A stretch of DNA of 64,000 bases from Tetramitus jugosus (taxonomy: Eukaryota; Protista; Heterolobosea), in contig OW569390.1 of assembly GCA_937625935.1 (NCBI GenBank), forward strand, positions 1-64,000. The letters are read 5' to 3'. The notes below the pieces were generated by a model. It was given only the letters and a program-made list of their open reading frames with translations. It made no database searches and was not told the DNA's origin. Positions 63,156-64,000 of the stretch are shown piece by piece; position 1 is the stretch's first letter; each line of letters opens with the position of its first letter. The position numbers were made by a program, and so were the translations under genes.

Positions 63156-64000
63156 ATGACTGCCTCGAGCAACTGCAGTGGAAGCAACAGTATCACCAAC
63201 AATAGTAACATGACTCACCACTCCAAAATGAATTCTTCGTCTTATTCTCACAGTAACAACAACACCAATAACAACAATAACAACCAACAACATTATTACC
63301 ACCACAACAATCCTCATCACAATAATCGAGATGACTCATTCAAGAGTTTATTCAACAGCAACAACAACAACAACAATAATAATTCTCCTTCTTCCTTGAG
63401 AAACAATCATTTTTCTAATCGTTTCAACACGAATCGAAATACAAGCACAAGCACAACAAATGGAGGAAATAATTCCTCGACTCACACCAAAACCAACAAT
63501 AATAACAATAATAATAATACAGCTACTACTACTACTACTACTACTCCAATCATGCTCTATGATGAAGAAGGATGGCCATTAACTTCATCACCTTATCATT
63601 ACAGTAGCACAACAACTATTGCTACATCTTCCACTCCAAATCACAAGAATATCAATAATAACATACCAAAAGCTACTACAGCAACACCACCAACAAACAA
63701 CAACAACAACAACAACACCAACACCACTCATAATGCTAACAATAGCAATAGTAGAGGAGGATTTTTTGTTGTGAACAACAATAGCAGTAGTAATAATAGT
63801 AGTAGTCAAGCTTCCATTCGACGATCCATAGCATCACCTCCACCATCAACACAACATAAACCTTCATCAACTGCTGCTTCTTCTGTTACAATGAGTCATA
63901 CTACTCCTACTACAACAACAACAGTCAATAGTGTGTCGTCATCATCGTCATCATCATTGATCATTGGTAAGGGATCACCCATGCTTGTTTGTCATTACAG
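63156..64000 (+). CDS. Partial CDS with an Asn/Ser/Thr/His-rich low-complexity N-terminus, apparently running off the window
   Basis: ATG at 63156 after an A-rich leader; MTASSNCSGSNS... with AAC/AAT/ACT triplet runs. Confidence 0.6.
   Translation, partial: MTASSNCSGSNSITNNSNMTHHSKMNSSSYSHSNNNTNNNNNNQQHYYHHNNPHHNNRDDSFKSLFNSNNNNNNNNSPSSLRNNHFSNRFNTNRNTSTSTTNGGNNSSTHTKTNNNNNNNNTATTTTTTTPIMLYDEEGWPLTSSPYHYSSTTTIATSSTPNHKNINNNIPKATTATPPTNNNNNNNTNTTHNANNSNSRGGFFVVNNNSSSNNSSSQASIRRSIASPPPSTQHKPSSTAASSVTMSHTTPTTTTTVNSVSSSSSSSLIIGKGSPMLVCHY

Overview
Left end of a eukaryotic chromosome. An ~830-bp (CCCAAA)n / (TTTGGG)n telomere is followed by ~6 kb of subtelomeric pseudogene mosaic, an accessory region (~6.6-24 kb) and then a compact, intron-poor, mostly housekeeping region. 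The accessory region holds an F-box/nucleotidyltransferase/SDR fusion, a T4-Rnl1-type RNA ligase, MHYT-PAS-RGS, a 2OG oxygenase, a class M sirtuin, F-box/LRR genes, an RCC1 protein, a P2C ATPase and an NlpC/P60-like protein. Housekeeping genes include PRA1, SIRT6/7, mL50, LRRC51, GapN, AKR, GCP4, purple acid phosphatase, SLX4-like, APC10, XRCC1, RBM34, eRF3 and UTP15. The standard code, GTAYGY...YAG introns and gene-family content suggest a heterolobosean (Naegleria-like) amoeboflagellate; this is inference. Best leads: (i) the F-box-NTase-SDR fusion and its neighbouring bacterial/viral-type RNA- and NAD-processing enzymes; (ii) an unannotated pseudoknotted ~130-nt RNA-like element next to the RNA ligase; (iii) a ~220-nt box C/D RNA with two elements antisense to the rRNA peptidyl-transferase region; (iv) an HSP20 gene with an internal 75-bp inversion; (v) two long introns closed by stems; (vi) a 205-bp MITE candidate; (vii) a catalytically dead cathepsin B. 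All protein calls come from motif recognition by eye; no searches were run.
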